This document shows, piece by piece, positions 8,994-16,919 of a stretch of 32,000 nt of DNA; the stretch's first letter is position 1, and each line of letters opens with the position of its first letter. The stretch lies in NCBI RefSeq assembly GCF_000179635.2, contig NC_014833.1:150001-182000 (forward strand), written 5' to 3'. The notes beneath the pieces are model-generated. The model was not told the origin of the DNA, ran no database searches, and saw only the letters and a list, made by a program, of their open reading frames with translations. This stretch comes from Ruminococcus albus 7 = DSM 20455 (lineage in GTDB: Bacteria > Bacillota > Clostridia > Oscillospirales > Ruminococcaceae). The translations under genes and the position numbers were made by a program.

Positions 8994-9261
8994 TCGCCGT
9001 AATCTTCTAATCCGCCATGCCTCGGTTTTCCCTAAGCCCATAGGTGCTTAAAGGATATATATCCCTGCTGACGAAACATCAGAGACTATGTCCATAACCT
9101 CCTGCTGAACTGCATTCGGGACAAAACCAAATCTTTCGTAAAAATCGGGTTATCCGTCATAAGCTTCCCGGTATGACGGAAGCCCTGGTTTTTCAAATGC
9201 ATAAGCAGCTCGTTCTTCATAGTTATCGGGTGTTATAAAAGTATCTGTAAGCGGAAAATAT

Positions 9262-9498
9262 TCACGCACCGGCTGCTGCATGATGAACAGTTCTGGTATT
9301 ATTGAGTTTTTTATTAAGTATTATTCTTTCTGAATAAAGCAATTCTGCGTGACTTTCGATATTATCAGTTATTTTGTATTGAAAAGAGTATGTAAGTTTA
9401 CCTGTATCGTGGAGCAGTGCAGCTGATCGGAGAATTCTACGTATTATGTCTGTACATTCATCTAATGAAGTTTTTATACCCAGCTGTGATGCTAATAT
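9262..9498 (-). pseudogene. Possible Cas3 HD-domain fragment
   Basis: The minus-strand frame reads ...RSAALLHDTGKLTYSFQ...(about 30 aa)...VHHAAAGA followed by a stop. LHD.GK...FQ and H..AGA are HD-nuclease motifs typical of Cas3 N-termini. The fragment has no start codon and is about 78 codons long. Confidence 0.3.
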
Positions 9499-9588
9499 TC
9501 AAGTTCAAGTTCAGAAAGCCAGTGATCAAATAATCTATTGATCACCGAAGCTGTATCATATGCGTGTGTCACAAATGACAGCCATTTG

Positions 9589-9711
9589 CTATTGTTCTCC
9601 CGAAATCTTCTCGGAGAAGATGCGGTCAACCTGATAACCGCGCATGATCTCCTGCTGACTGGCTGTCTCCTGATGTTCCGTGGAAACACGGATATTACCT
9701 ATTTTGCTCAT
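9589..9711 (-). pseudogene. Serine recombinase (resolvase/invertase) N-terminal stub, 40 codons
   Basis: MSKIGNIRVSTEHQETASQQEIMRGYQVDRIFSEKISGEQ then a stop. It carries the catalytic-serine motif (IG..RVST..Q) and the ...IF.EK.SG block, then ends abruptly. Confidence 0.6.
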
Positions 9712-9851
9712 AGATGTTGTTTCCTTTCTGATGTAATAATATTTTTCTTTCTGTTGCTTTGTGATTGACTTATTTGCGGTGATGATGTATAATTACTGAT
9801 AAGGGTAGGCACTTGGTTTACTCGTGAAAATCGGAATTTGGGGCGGATTGT

Positions 9852-10382
9852 ATGAAATTGACTTTGGAAACAGAAAGACTGATTTTAAGACCTTTCACAA
9901 TAGAGGATGCACAAGAAGTGTTCTTTGGCTGGGCAAACGATCCCGAAGTCACAAAATATCTCACATGGAATACTCACAAAGATATTGAAGAAACAAAGAG
10001 GATACTGAGTTTATGGATTGATGAGTATGAAAAGCCTGAACGCCTGAATTTTGCAATAGAACTAAAGAAAGAAGATAAGCTGATTGGCGGAATTGATGTG
10101 GTCGGTTATTTAGGAGGTGTCCAAGGTACTCCTGTAATAGGATATAATTTGGCACGGAAATATTGGGGTAATGGCTACATGACAGAAGCCTGTCACTGTG
10201 TGATAGAATATTTATTTTCCAAAGGCTATTCTGAAATAAGGATAGATGCTATGTCTGAAAATATTGCTTCTATCAGGGTTATTCAAAAATGCGGCGGTAT
10301 ATTTCTTAAAACCGACGAGGATTATTATCCGTTAAAAGACAAAACAGTGTTAATCAACAGATACATTATCAAGAACAACTAA
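9852..10382 (+). CDS. GNAT family N-acetyltransferase (RimJ/RimL-like)
   Basis: 176 aa. The N-terminal LETERLILRPFT..DA and the core YWGNGYMTEA...RIDA....N..S.RV..K.G are typical of Acetyltransf_3-type GNATs. Confidence 0.9.
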   Translation: MKLTLETERLILRPFTIEDAQEVFFGWANDPEVTKYLTWNTHKDIEETKRILSLWIDEYEKPERLNFAIELKKEDKLIGGIDVVGYLGGVQGTPVIGYNLARKYWGNGYMTEACHCVIEYLFSKGYSEIRIDAMSENIASIRVIQKCGGIFLKTDEDYYPLKDKTVLINRYIIKNN

Positions 10383-10415
10383 ATTCTGATTTTTTAAGTA
10401 ACTATACACATCATC

Positions 10416-10454
10416 ACGGCAAGGAGAACCATTCTCCCAGCCGTTATTTTTTTT
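10416..10454 (+). terminator. Rho-independent terminator after the GNAT gene
   Basis: Outer stem ACGGC/GCCGT and inner stem GGAGAA/TTCTCC, followed by a T-run of 8 (10447-10454). Confidence 0.6.
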
Positions 10455-10855
10455 CAAGCCGACTTTTCTTTCTCTTGGAAGCCTGTTCGTTCTGCATATA
10501 TCGGGAAAGTGTCCTCTGACTGTCTCGTTTCTGCCTTGCTCGCCGCCTTCATATTCTCACGGTCCTCCCAACGGTCGCCCGTCCCCTCTGTCACTTTGTG
10601 ACATCTCCCCACACTGTGGGGAGTCACCCAATTCGTTAAGCCCTGAGACTGCTGAAACTTCTCGGCTGTGGTGCGGATAATTCCCGCTGTCGGGCGGTGC
10701 GACATTTGGTACTTGTAGCTTATGATACGCTTTCTGATCTGCTGGCTCTCATAGAAGTAGCCCAGTGTTTTCGCCCTTGTAAACTTCGCCCTCGGATTGC
10801 GCTCTTTCTGCTCCGCAAGCATAAATTTCAGGTCGATCTTGTGGTCGGGATTGTA
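10454..10855 (-). other. 5'-truncated ORF fragment of unknown family
   Basis: The frame is open on the minus strand (track ORF 10454..10936), but no RBS precedes any internal ATG. The upstream part runs into the SASP remnant. I recognise no family. Confidence 0.25.
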
Positions 10856-10898
10856 AAGAAGATGATCGATGCTTACAAGACAGGCAGCAAGCAGTAAG
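10856..10898 (+). pseudogene. Orphan 3' end of a second SASP gene
   Basis: 43 nt are identical to 1631-1673: the last 13 codons (KKMIDAYKTGSKQ), the TAA stop and the next base. Flanks on both sides are unrelated to the intact gene. Confidence 0.7.
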
Positions 10899-10920
10899 TT
10901 ACTGCTTATACCCTGAAAAA

Positions 10921-10960
10921 TACAGCCGCAGTGCATTTATGTTACTGCGGCTGTATTTTT
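10921..10960 (+). terminator. Rho-independent terminator of the lost SASP paralogue
   Basis: Stem ACAGCCGCAGT / ACTGCGGCTGT followed by TTTTT (10956-10960). Confidence 0.75.
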
Positions 10961-11214
10961 GTGAGGTCAGGAAATCTGACAAAGATGATTTCGTAAAGCT
11001 AACTTTGTTTGCTGTTATATTGATGAAAAAATATCATAAGTAATATAGTAGGATATATTTTCCAGATCGTCTTTAGCGTAGGACCTGATTAAAGATGCAC
11101 TTTGAGAAAAGATATAGAACGGATACAAAGTATGGGTATAAACAATAAATTTATATAATTTGTTGTTGGGGATGCATCTTGTGATTTAGTTCATATGAGA
11201 TTAATAATTTGGTG

Positions 11215-11227
11215 GTTATGTATAGTT
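11215..11227 (+). promoter_or_regulatory. 13-nt box GTTATGTATAGTT, copy 1 (candidate operator)
   Basis: Exact repeat of 11382-11394. It lies about 100 nt upstream of the predicted regulator promoter. Confidence 0.3.
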
Positions 11228-11314
11228 GAATAAATGTAAATTAAGCAACTTGTTTAATTCAAAATATTTGGTTTACAACTAGTAGAAAATATTTTCACAA
11301 AGGATAAAAAACTA

Positions 11315-11343
11315 TTGATTTTTAAATAAAAATGTTATATAAT
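11315..11343 (+). promoter_or_regulatory. SigA-type promoter of the two-component operon
   Basis: TTGATT (11315-11320), 17-nt spacer, TATAAT (11338-11343). Confidence 0.5.
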
Positions 11344-11381
11344 AGATAATATATTGTTATTTATTATTGAAAAAATAAGAT

Positions 11382-11394
11382 GTTATGTATAGTT
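11382..11394 (+). promoter_or_regulatory. 13-nt box GTTATGTATAGTT, copy 2 (candidate operator)
   Basis: Exact repeat of 11215-11227. It lies between the -10 box and the RBS of the response-regulator gene. Confidence 0.3.
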
Positions 11395-11421
11395 TGATTA
11401 ATCTTGCTTGGGAGTGAAATA

Positions 11422-12132
11422 ATGAAGATCGCAGTATGTGATGACGAAAAGATGTTTCGTAATGAAGTTATCATTCTGCTTAATAAATATGCAGAAGAGA
11501 ATAATATTATCCTTGATATAACCGAATTTGATGACGGCGGGAAGGTCGTGGCTGCCAAGACGGTTTTTGATATGATATTTCTCGATCATCAGATGAATGA
11601 ACTGAACGGACTGGATACTATAAAACGTATACGTGAAAAAAATATAGATACGAAAGTTGTTTTTGTAAGCAGTTATTCAGAGATAGTATTTGACAGCATG
11701 AAATACAATGCATTCAGGTTCATAGTAAAGCCTGTTACAAAGGATAAGCTTTATGAGGCTATGGATGCTGCACTTGAAATCAGCAGCAGCGAGCGCAAGC
11801 TGATAGTAAAGGATGAAGAGTATAATGAGAGCATAGTGGTGTATGAAAAGGATGTTATATACGCGCAGGCGGACAATGTATATACATACATAATAACAGC
11901 GGAAGGCTCGTTCAGGTATCCTTACAATCTTTCAACGCTTGAAGAGGAGCTGGATTCGGGGGGGTTTTTCAGGACGAACAGGTCTTATATAGTAAATCTT
12001 GAGCATATAAATTCCTACGATAAGACGGGTATCACCTTATCGAACGGACATAAAGCTGTGATATCAAGATCAAAGTACAAGGATTTCAACAATTGTTATC
12101 TCAATTATTTAAAGAGATCTTCATCAAGATGA
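11422..12132 (+). CDS. LytTR-family response regulator (AgrA/ComE type)
   Basis: Track ORF is 11404..12132. The preferred start is ATG 11422 (MKIAVCDDE...) after GGGAG. The receiver domain includes MIFLDHQM, and the C-terminal LytTR domain includes FFRTNRSYIVNLEHI. Confidence 0.9.
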   Translation: MKIAVCDDEKMFRNEVIILLNKYAEENNIILDITEFDDGGKVVAAKTVFDMIFLDHQMNELNGLDTIKRIREKNIDTKVVFVSSYSEIVFDSMKYNAFRFIVKPVTKDKLYEAMDAALEISSSERKLIVKDEEYNESIVVYEKDVIYAQADNVYTYIITAEGSFRYPYNLSTLEEELDSGGFFRTNRSYIVNLEHINSYDKTGITLSNGHKAVISRSKYKDFNNCYLNYLKRSSSR

Positions 12133-12190
12133 TAGAATGATCCGGGTTTGCTAATGGTGTAATGAAATAATGTTATGGGGAGTGTATTAA

Positions 12191-13516
12191 ATGGAAATCG
12201 TATTAAAAAATGTTAGGTTTATATTATTTATATCCGTGTATATTTTATATTTTGTGAATATACATAAAAGTGTTAAGTTGATTTCGGATGATAATAAGTT
12301 CAGAAAAATCAGCTATGCTGTCGCGGGCTTACATATTATTTTGAAAATATTATTAGAAACTGTTCCTTTTTCAAAACAAGTAGGAGATGTTATATGGCGG
12401 ATGGGAGTACCATTGCTTTGTCTGTCAGTATTCCTTTCACACAAACAGCATCTATTAAAAACTGTTTATGTAACATTACTCTATTCATCTCTTGAAGCGA
12501 GTCTGGGAACAGTGATAAATATACTAATTGATGTCATTGTTCCGATAAAATACAGGGATTATAGTGGAGTAGCATTATACTTTTTATTAAATCTGGCATA
12601 TTATTTTATATTGACAAGATATCTGACGCAAAAGGCGGAAGATTTGAGGCTGAGTTTGGAATTTATTAATAGAAAAACATATATATTCATTCTTATATAT
12701 GCAAGGATACTTTCAAAACTAATATCAGTTACCAGAGCTGGAGAAAATATGAAATTTACAAGTGTGAAGCTGTTGTTCTATGTCAAATTATATATTATAC
12801 CTATCTGTATAATTTCAATGTTTATCATAATCCTTTTGATATCAAACAGTATGTCCAAATTCTACTATAAAAGGTCAGCGGAATTGCTGGACAAGCAGCT
12901 GGATATGCAGGCTAAGTATTACGAAAAAATCGATGAGATGACTACGGATATCAGGAAATTCAGGCACGATTATAAAAATCACATGCATTGTCTGAAGTCG
13001 CTGCTGGGCAGCAAGAAAATAGATGATGCGCTGGAGTATCTGGATTCCATATCCGCTAATCCAACTATGAACAAAACATCATTCAAAAGCGGCAATACCA
13101 TAGCCGATGCGATACTAAACGATAAGGCTGCAATAGCAGCACATGAGAATTTCAGGCTGAATTTCTCGTGAGTGATCTCGGAAAAAGTATCGGCATTCGA
13201 TATATGCACCATTCTTTCAAATGCACTGGATAATTCCATAGAAGCCTGTCGAAGGCTGAAAAGTGCAGAGGATAGGTATATAGACGTAAACTGCGTGCTT
13301 AAAAATGATATGCAGATGATATGTATATCAAATCCATCGGATACTGATGATCCGGATCTTAAAACTTCAAAGGATAATAAAAATGAGCATGGCTTTGGTC
13401 TTTATAATATAAAGAAGACAGTTGATTCACTGGATGGAACAGTGAATATCTCACAGACCTCGCCTGTATTCGTCCTGGATGTAATGTTCAGGATAAAAAT
13501 GCCTGAAACGGCGTGA
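12191..13516 (+). pseudogene. AgrC/HPK10-type sensor histidine kinase interrupted by an in-frame TGA
   Basis: Track ORFs 12191..13171 and 13172..13516 are in the same frame, separated only by TGA at 13169-13171. The N-terminal part is a polytopic membrane sensor. The H-box is FRHDYKNHMHCL, the N-box SNALDNSIEA and the G-box HGFGLYNIKK. The stop falls between the H-box and the N-box. Confidence 0.8.
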
Positions 13517-13537
13517 TTTCGGAATAAATAACATAAA

Positions 13538-13569
13538 ACAGCAGTATGTAAAAAGTACTGCTGTTTTTT
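13538..13569 (+). terminator. Rho-independent terminator after the kinase gene
   Basis: Stem CAGCAGTA / TACTGCTG followed by a T-run of 6. Confidence 0.8.
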
Positions 13570-13626
13570 ATTTTCATATCAAAATTACCATTCACAAAAA
13601 AAAACGGGGGCTTTACAAGAGATTTG

Positions 13627-13655
13627 TTGTTTTAACATGGCTTATACGCTATACT
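13627..13655 (+). promoter_or_regulatory. Candidate promoter of the maturase/precursor operon
   Basis: TTGTTT (13627-13632), 17-nt spacer, TATACT (13650-13655). The -35 box is weak, which is compatible with activator dependence. Confidence 0.35.
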
Positions 13656-13688
13656 ATGAGTGTACCAAGACGAAGGGAGGTCAGAGAG

Positions 13689-13721
13689 ATGGATGAATAC
13701 TACGGCTGGAAATGGCATTGA
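13689..13721 (+). CDS. 10-codon upstream sORF MDEYYGWKWH (function unknown)
   Basis: AAGGGAGG (13673-13680) lies 8 nt before ATG 13689, and the stop TGA is at 13719-13721. The sORF sits in the leader of the rSAM operon. Confidence 0.3.
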   Translation: MDEYYGWKWH

Positions 13722-13776
13722 TGCTCAGTGAAATGAACTTGAATAAATTAATAAATAATATGTGGGGTTTTTCAAC

Positions 13777-15033
13777 ATGAGGAAATTTACAAAGAATCTG
13801 CTGTTCCTGCAGAATAAGGAGCAGGTGATAGTCGGCAACAAATGCGAATGTACTTTCCTGAAAATGAGCACAGAGTGCTACGATATACTGAACGGCTTTG
13901 TGAAGAGAGGTATAGGAAAGCATGAGTATGAAAAAATTTTTGAAGATAAAGAAGATAAGGAGTACTTCAGCGAGCTTCATGACAAGCTGGTTGAGAAAAA
14001 GATACTTGTTGATGTAAATGACAAGGAGCTCCTTACAGATTTCGATATACAGTGGGAAGTAACAAATCAGTGCAATCTGCACTGCAAGCACTGCATAGCA
14101 GATGCAGTTACTACCAAGACGCTGATAGCTGACAGAGATGAGATATATGCCATAGCCGATAAGATACTCGGCGTTAAGCCAAGGCTGATAACTGTCACTG
14201 GCGGTGAGCCTATGGTACTGCCGTTCTTCTTTGAACTCAGCGAGTACCTGAGAAAGAATACCCGCGGTGAGATGAACCTGATGACCAATGGCACTTACAT
14301 TACCGAAGAAAATGCAGCTAAGATAAAGGAACTTTATGATGCTGTATTCATAAGTGTTGACGGCTCGGATGAAAAGTCCTGCAGCGAGATAAGAGGAGCA
14401 GGGGTGTTTGGAAAGGTAATGGATGCCATCAAGTATCTGAAGGCGGCAGGAGTTAAGAATATATCCCTTTCCTTTGTACTTACAGCACAGAACAGAGAGC
14501 ATGAGAAGCCTTTCCTGAAGCTGTGCAGGGAGCTGGAAGTCAGCCCCATGGTGAGAACGTTTTCGCCCGTAGGAAGAGGCAAGGATCACAAGGACTGGTA
14601 TATCCAGGATGAATCGGTGGAAGACAATGATCCTGTTGATCCCGAGTTTGTAAAGAAGACAAAAGAGAACCAGCCTTACATCGAGTTTGGTGCCTGCGGC
14701 GGACGCTACGGTTCCTTTACGGTAAATGCAAAAGGAAATATGTTCCTGTGCGCACCCTATGAATGTTCCGAGAAACCTATCGGAAATATTCTCGAGGTTG
14801 ACGATATAAACAAGTATTTTTACGAAGAGGAATTCAGGAAAACAGAAAGCTATCTGAACTTTGAAAAGAAAATGCCTGAGAATTTCAAGAGATGTCAGGA
14901 GTGCAGTGTAAAGTACTTCTGCTGGCACTGTCCTTTCCTGTTCGAGCAGTCACTGAAAAACGAGAAGTCGTTTGATAACTACTGCAAGATCAGAAAAAAA
15001 GAGATCGGCTTTTCGCTTTGGGGTGAGATCTGA
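13777..15033 (+). CDS. Radical SAM/SPASM maturase with N-terminal RRE-like (PqqD-like) domain
   Basis: Track ORF is 13762..15033 with a GTG start; ATG 13777 (MRKFTKN...) is preferred. A pre-domain of about 95 aa precedes the CxxxCxxC motif (NQCNLHCKHC). The C-terminus is Cys-rich and SPASM-like (GACGG...LCAPYEC...CQECSVKYFCWHC). Confidence 0.9.
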   Translation: MRKFTKNLLFLQNKEQVIVGNKCECTFLKMSTECYDILNGFVKRGIGKHEYEKIFEDKEDKEYFSELHDKLVEKKILVDVNDKELLTDFDIQWEVTNQCNLHCKHCIADAVTTKTLIADRDEIYAIADKILGVKPRLITVTGGEPMVLPFFFELSEYLRKNTRGEMNLMTNGTYITEENAAKIKELYDAVFISVDGSDEKSCSEIRGAGVFGKVMDAIKYLKAAGVKNISLSFVLTAQNREHEKPFLKLCRELEVSPMVRTFSPVGRGKDHKDWYIQDESVEDNDPVDPEFVKKTKENQPYIEFGACGGRYGSFTVNAKGNMFLCAPYECSEKPIGNILEVDDINKYFYEEEFRKTESYLNFEKKMPENFKRCQECSVKYFCWHCPFLFEQSLKNEKSFDNYCKIRKKEIGFSLWGEI

Positions 15034-16037
15034 TGCACGTTGTATTTTGGACTACGAATGATTGCAACCTGAACTGCAGCTACTGCTACAACAGGATGAG
15101 CAATAATATAAAGAAAGAATATATGACCAGAGAGGTCGCAGATGCAGCGATAGATATGCTGACCAAGCTTGACTGCTGGAAAACTGCCGATGAGATCGCA
15201 GTACAGTTCCACGGCGGTGAGCCTCTCATGAATTGCGATATAATAGAGTATATCATGGAGCGTTTTGAAGCTCTGGTGCCTGCATCAAAGCTGTACTACG
15301 GAATGACTACCAACGGTACGCTCTATGATGACAGAAGAAAAAAGATAATCGATAAAATAAACGAACTATCGCTGAGCCTTGACGGCAAGGCGGAGATACA
15401 TGACCTGAACAGAAAGTTCGTAAGCGGCAAGGGTTCGTTTGATATCGTTATGGATACAGCCAGGGATATCAGCAAGAGAAAAGATGTCCGGCTGAGGATG
15501 ACTGTTACAAGAGATACTATCGGTGATCTTTGCGATACGGTCTGCTATTTCCTGGAGGAGGGTTTCAGACGGATAATACCCGTACTGGATATGTATGACT
15601 CTCACTGGAAGGACGAGGACGAGCCGATAATATTTGAGCAGTTCCGCAAGATAAAAGAATATATAGAAGAAAAAGACTATGGAGATGCCGTTATCTCGTA
15701 CGTTACCGAATCGGAATTTGTCCGCAAGGCAAAATGTACGGGCGGCGTGGAAAGTTTCCACTTCCTGCCTGACGGCAGCATCTATCCGTGTTCGTTGACA
15801 GTAGGTGACAGTTACTGGCTGCTGGGAAATGTGCTGGACACAGGGCTTGACAAAGCCAAGGTGGATGAGCTCCAGATGATAAACAACAAGGACACATCAA
15901 GCTGTACCGGCTGTGAGATGTATCACTACTGTGCAAGCTCAAGATGTAAACTTATAAATAAAAAGATAACAGGCGATTATTATACTGCCAGCAGTATAGC
16001 CTGTCTATGCAGCAGACTTGAATACGAGTTTGCTTAA
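15033..16037 (+). CDS. Second radical SAM/SPASM maturase (no RRE domain)
   Basis: The start overlaps the upstream stop (TGATG). The CxxxCxxC motif begins at residue 11 (NDCNLNCSYC). The C-terminal Cys cluster is KCTGG...YPCS...SSCTGCEMYHYCASSRC. Confidence 0.9.
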   Translation: MHVVFWTTNDCNLNCSYCYNRMSNNIKKEYMTREVADAAIDMLTKLDCWKTADEIAVQFHGGEPLMNCDIIEYIMERFEALVPASKLYYGMTTNGTLYDDRRKKIIDKINELSLSLDGKAEIHDLNRKFVSGKGSFDIVMDTARDISKRKDVRLRMTVTRDTIGDLCDTVCYFLEEGFRRIIPVLDMYDSHWKDEDEPIIFEQFRKIKEYIEEKDYGDAVISYVTESEFVRKAKCTGGVESFHFLPDGSIYPCSLTVGDSYWLLGNVLDTGLDKAKVDELQMINNKDTSSCTGCEMYHYCASSRCKLINKKITGDYYTASSIACLCSRLEYEFA

Positions 16038-16085
16038 AATCTGATATTTATACGCCGAAGCAGTCGATTTTAGGAGGATTTAATT

Positions 16086-16262
16086 ATGGAAATCAAGAAA
16101 ATCGACAATAAGGTAAAGCTCAATAACCAGAATGTAAAGGCTGAGAGAGACGAGTATGCTTGTCACCACGACTGCATCGAGTACTACTATTCCGGAAGCA
16201 CAGGCGCAAAGGGTTGCCGCAGAGGAAGCACTATTTCCGCTAAGACTACCCGCGCTTGGTAA
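16086..16262 (+). CDS. RiPP precursor A1 (58 aa)
   Basis: Not in the ORF track. AGGAGG lies 8 nt upstream. Sequence: MEIKKIDNKVKLNNQNVKAERDEYACHHDCIEYYYSGSTGAKGCRRGSTISAKTTRAW. Confidence 0.85.
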   Translation: MEIKKIDNKVKLNNQNVKAERDEYACHHDCIEYYYSGSTGAKGCRRGSTISAKTTRAW

Positions 16263-16348
16263 TCTTGGATCTTTTGGATAAAATACAAAAATCATAAGAA
16301 AACTATACGCACTAATACAATCTACATTTAATATAGGAGGATTTTACT

Positions 16349-16525
16349 ATGGAAATCAAGAAGATCAATGACAAGGTTAAGCTGAACGAAGAGAACGTAA
16401 AGGCAGAGAGAGACGAGTACGCTTGCCACCACGACTGCATCGAGTACTACTATACCGGAAGCACAGGCGCAAAGGGCTGCCGCAGAGGAAGCACTATTTC
16501 CGCTAAGACTACCCGCGCTTGGTAA
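16349..16525 (+). CDS. RiPP precursor A2 (58 aa)
   Basis: Not in the ORF track. AGGAGG RBS present. Sequence: MEIKKINDKVKLNEENVKAERDEYACHHDCIEYYYTGSTGAKGCRRGSTISAKTTRAW. Confidence 0.85.
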   Translation: MEIKKINDKVKLNEENVKAERDEYACHHDCIEYYYTGSTGAKGCRRGSTISAKTTRAW

Positions 16526-16611
16526 TCTTGGATCTTTTGGATAAAATACAAAAATCATAAGAAAACTATACGCACTAATACAATCTACATTTAATATAGG
16601 AGGATTTTACT

Positions 16612-16788
16612 ATGGAAATCAAGAAGATCAATGACAAGGTTAAGCTGAACGAAGAGAACGTAAAGGCAGAGAGAGACGAGTACGCTTGCCACCACGACTG
16701 CATCGAGTACTACTATTCCGGAAGCACAGGCGCAAAGGGCTGCTCCAGAAGAAGCACTATAACTGCTAAGACAACCCGCGCTTGGTAA
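16612..16788 (+). CDS. RiPP precursor A3 (58 aa)
   Basis: Not in the ORF track. AGGAGG RBS present. Sequence: MEIKKINDKVKLNEENVKAERDEYACHHDCIEYYYSGSTGAKGCSRRSTITAKTTRAW. Confidence 0.85.
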   Translation: MEIKKINDKVKLNEENVKAERDEYACHHDCIEYYYSGSTGAKGCSRRSTITAKTTRAW

Positions 16789-16919
16789 TCTTAGATCTTT
16801 GAATGCAATAATCATAAGAATACTATTCTAGCAATTCATAATAATACTATACGCACCAATACAATTTACTACTAATAACAAACAAAGTAATAATTTATAA
16901 AAAACAGGAGGATTTTATC

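Noticed and set aside
8766-9041. Track ORFs 8766..9002 (+) and 8856..9041 (-).
   Set aside because: They mutually overlap, have no RBS and no motifs, and run through the GC-rich hairpin. I treat this stretch as non-coding or degenerate.
10697-10703. GTGCGAC on the plus strand as a group II intron 5' end explaining the disrupted SASP gene.
   Set aside because: Only about 150 nt lie between it and the SASP tail. There is no domain V/VI-like structure and no reverse-transcriptase ORF.
13169-13171. TGA as selenocysteine, or the TGA/TAA/TAG stops as evidence of an alternative genetic code or programmed read-through. This includes TAG 29704 as pyrrolysine.
   Set aside because: TAA and TGA terminate the clearly complete neighbouring genes (the precursors, maturases, transporters and others). 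I see no SECIS-like hairpin after 13171. The residue aligned with the TAG in the paralogous module is an ordinary Ala (FDTAWL), and three different stop codons would all need recoding. Simple nonsense mutations are more economical, though TAG is not otherwise used as a terminator of an intact gene in this window.
13681-14928. Minus-strand 415-aa ORF covering the first rSAM gene.
   Set aside because: It is antisense to a gene with unmistakable radical SAM/SPASM motifs. Its Leu/Ile/Phe-rich translation has no recognisable motif.
16080-16815. Minus-strand ORFs 16080..16295, 16328..16558 and 16591..16815 (71-76 aa, MIFVFYPKDPRLPSAGSLSG...) listed in the track.
   Set aside because: They are antisense shadows of the plus-strand precursor genes. 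They have no SD before their ATGs, a low-complexity Ser/Ala/Leu/Val composition, and the opposite orientation to every neighbouring gene. The plus-strand ORFs have canonical SDs and a conserved leader.
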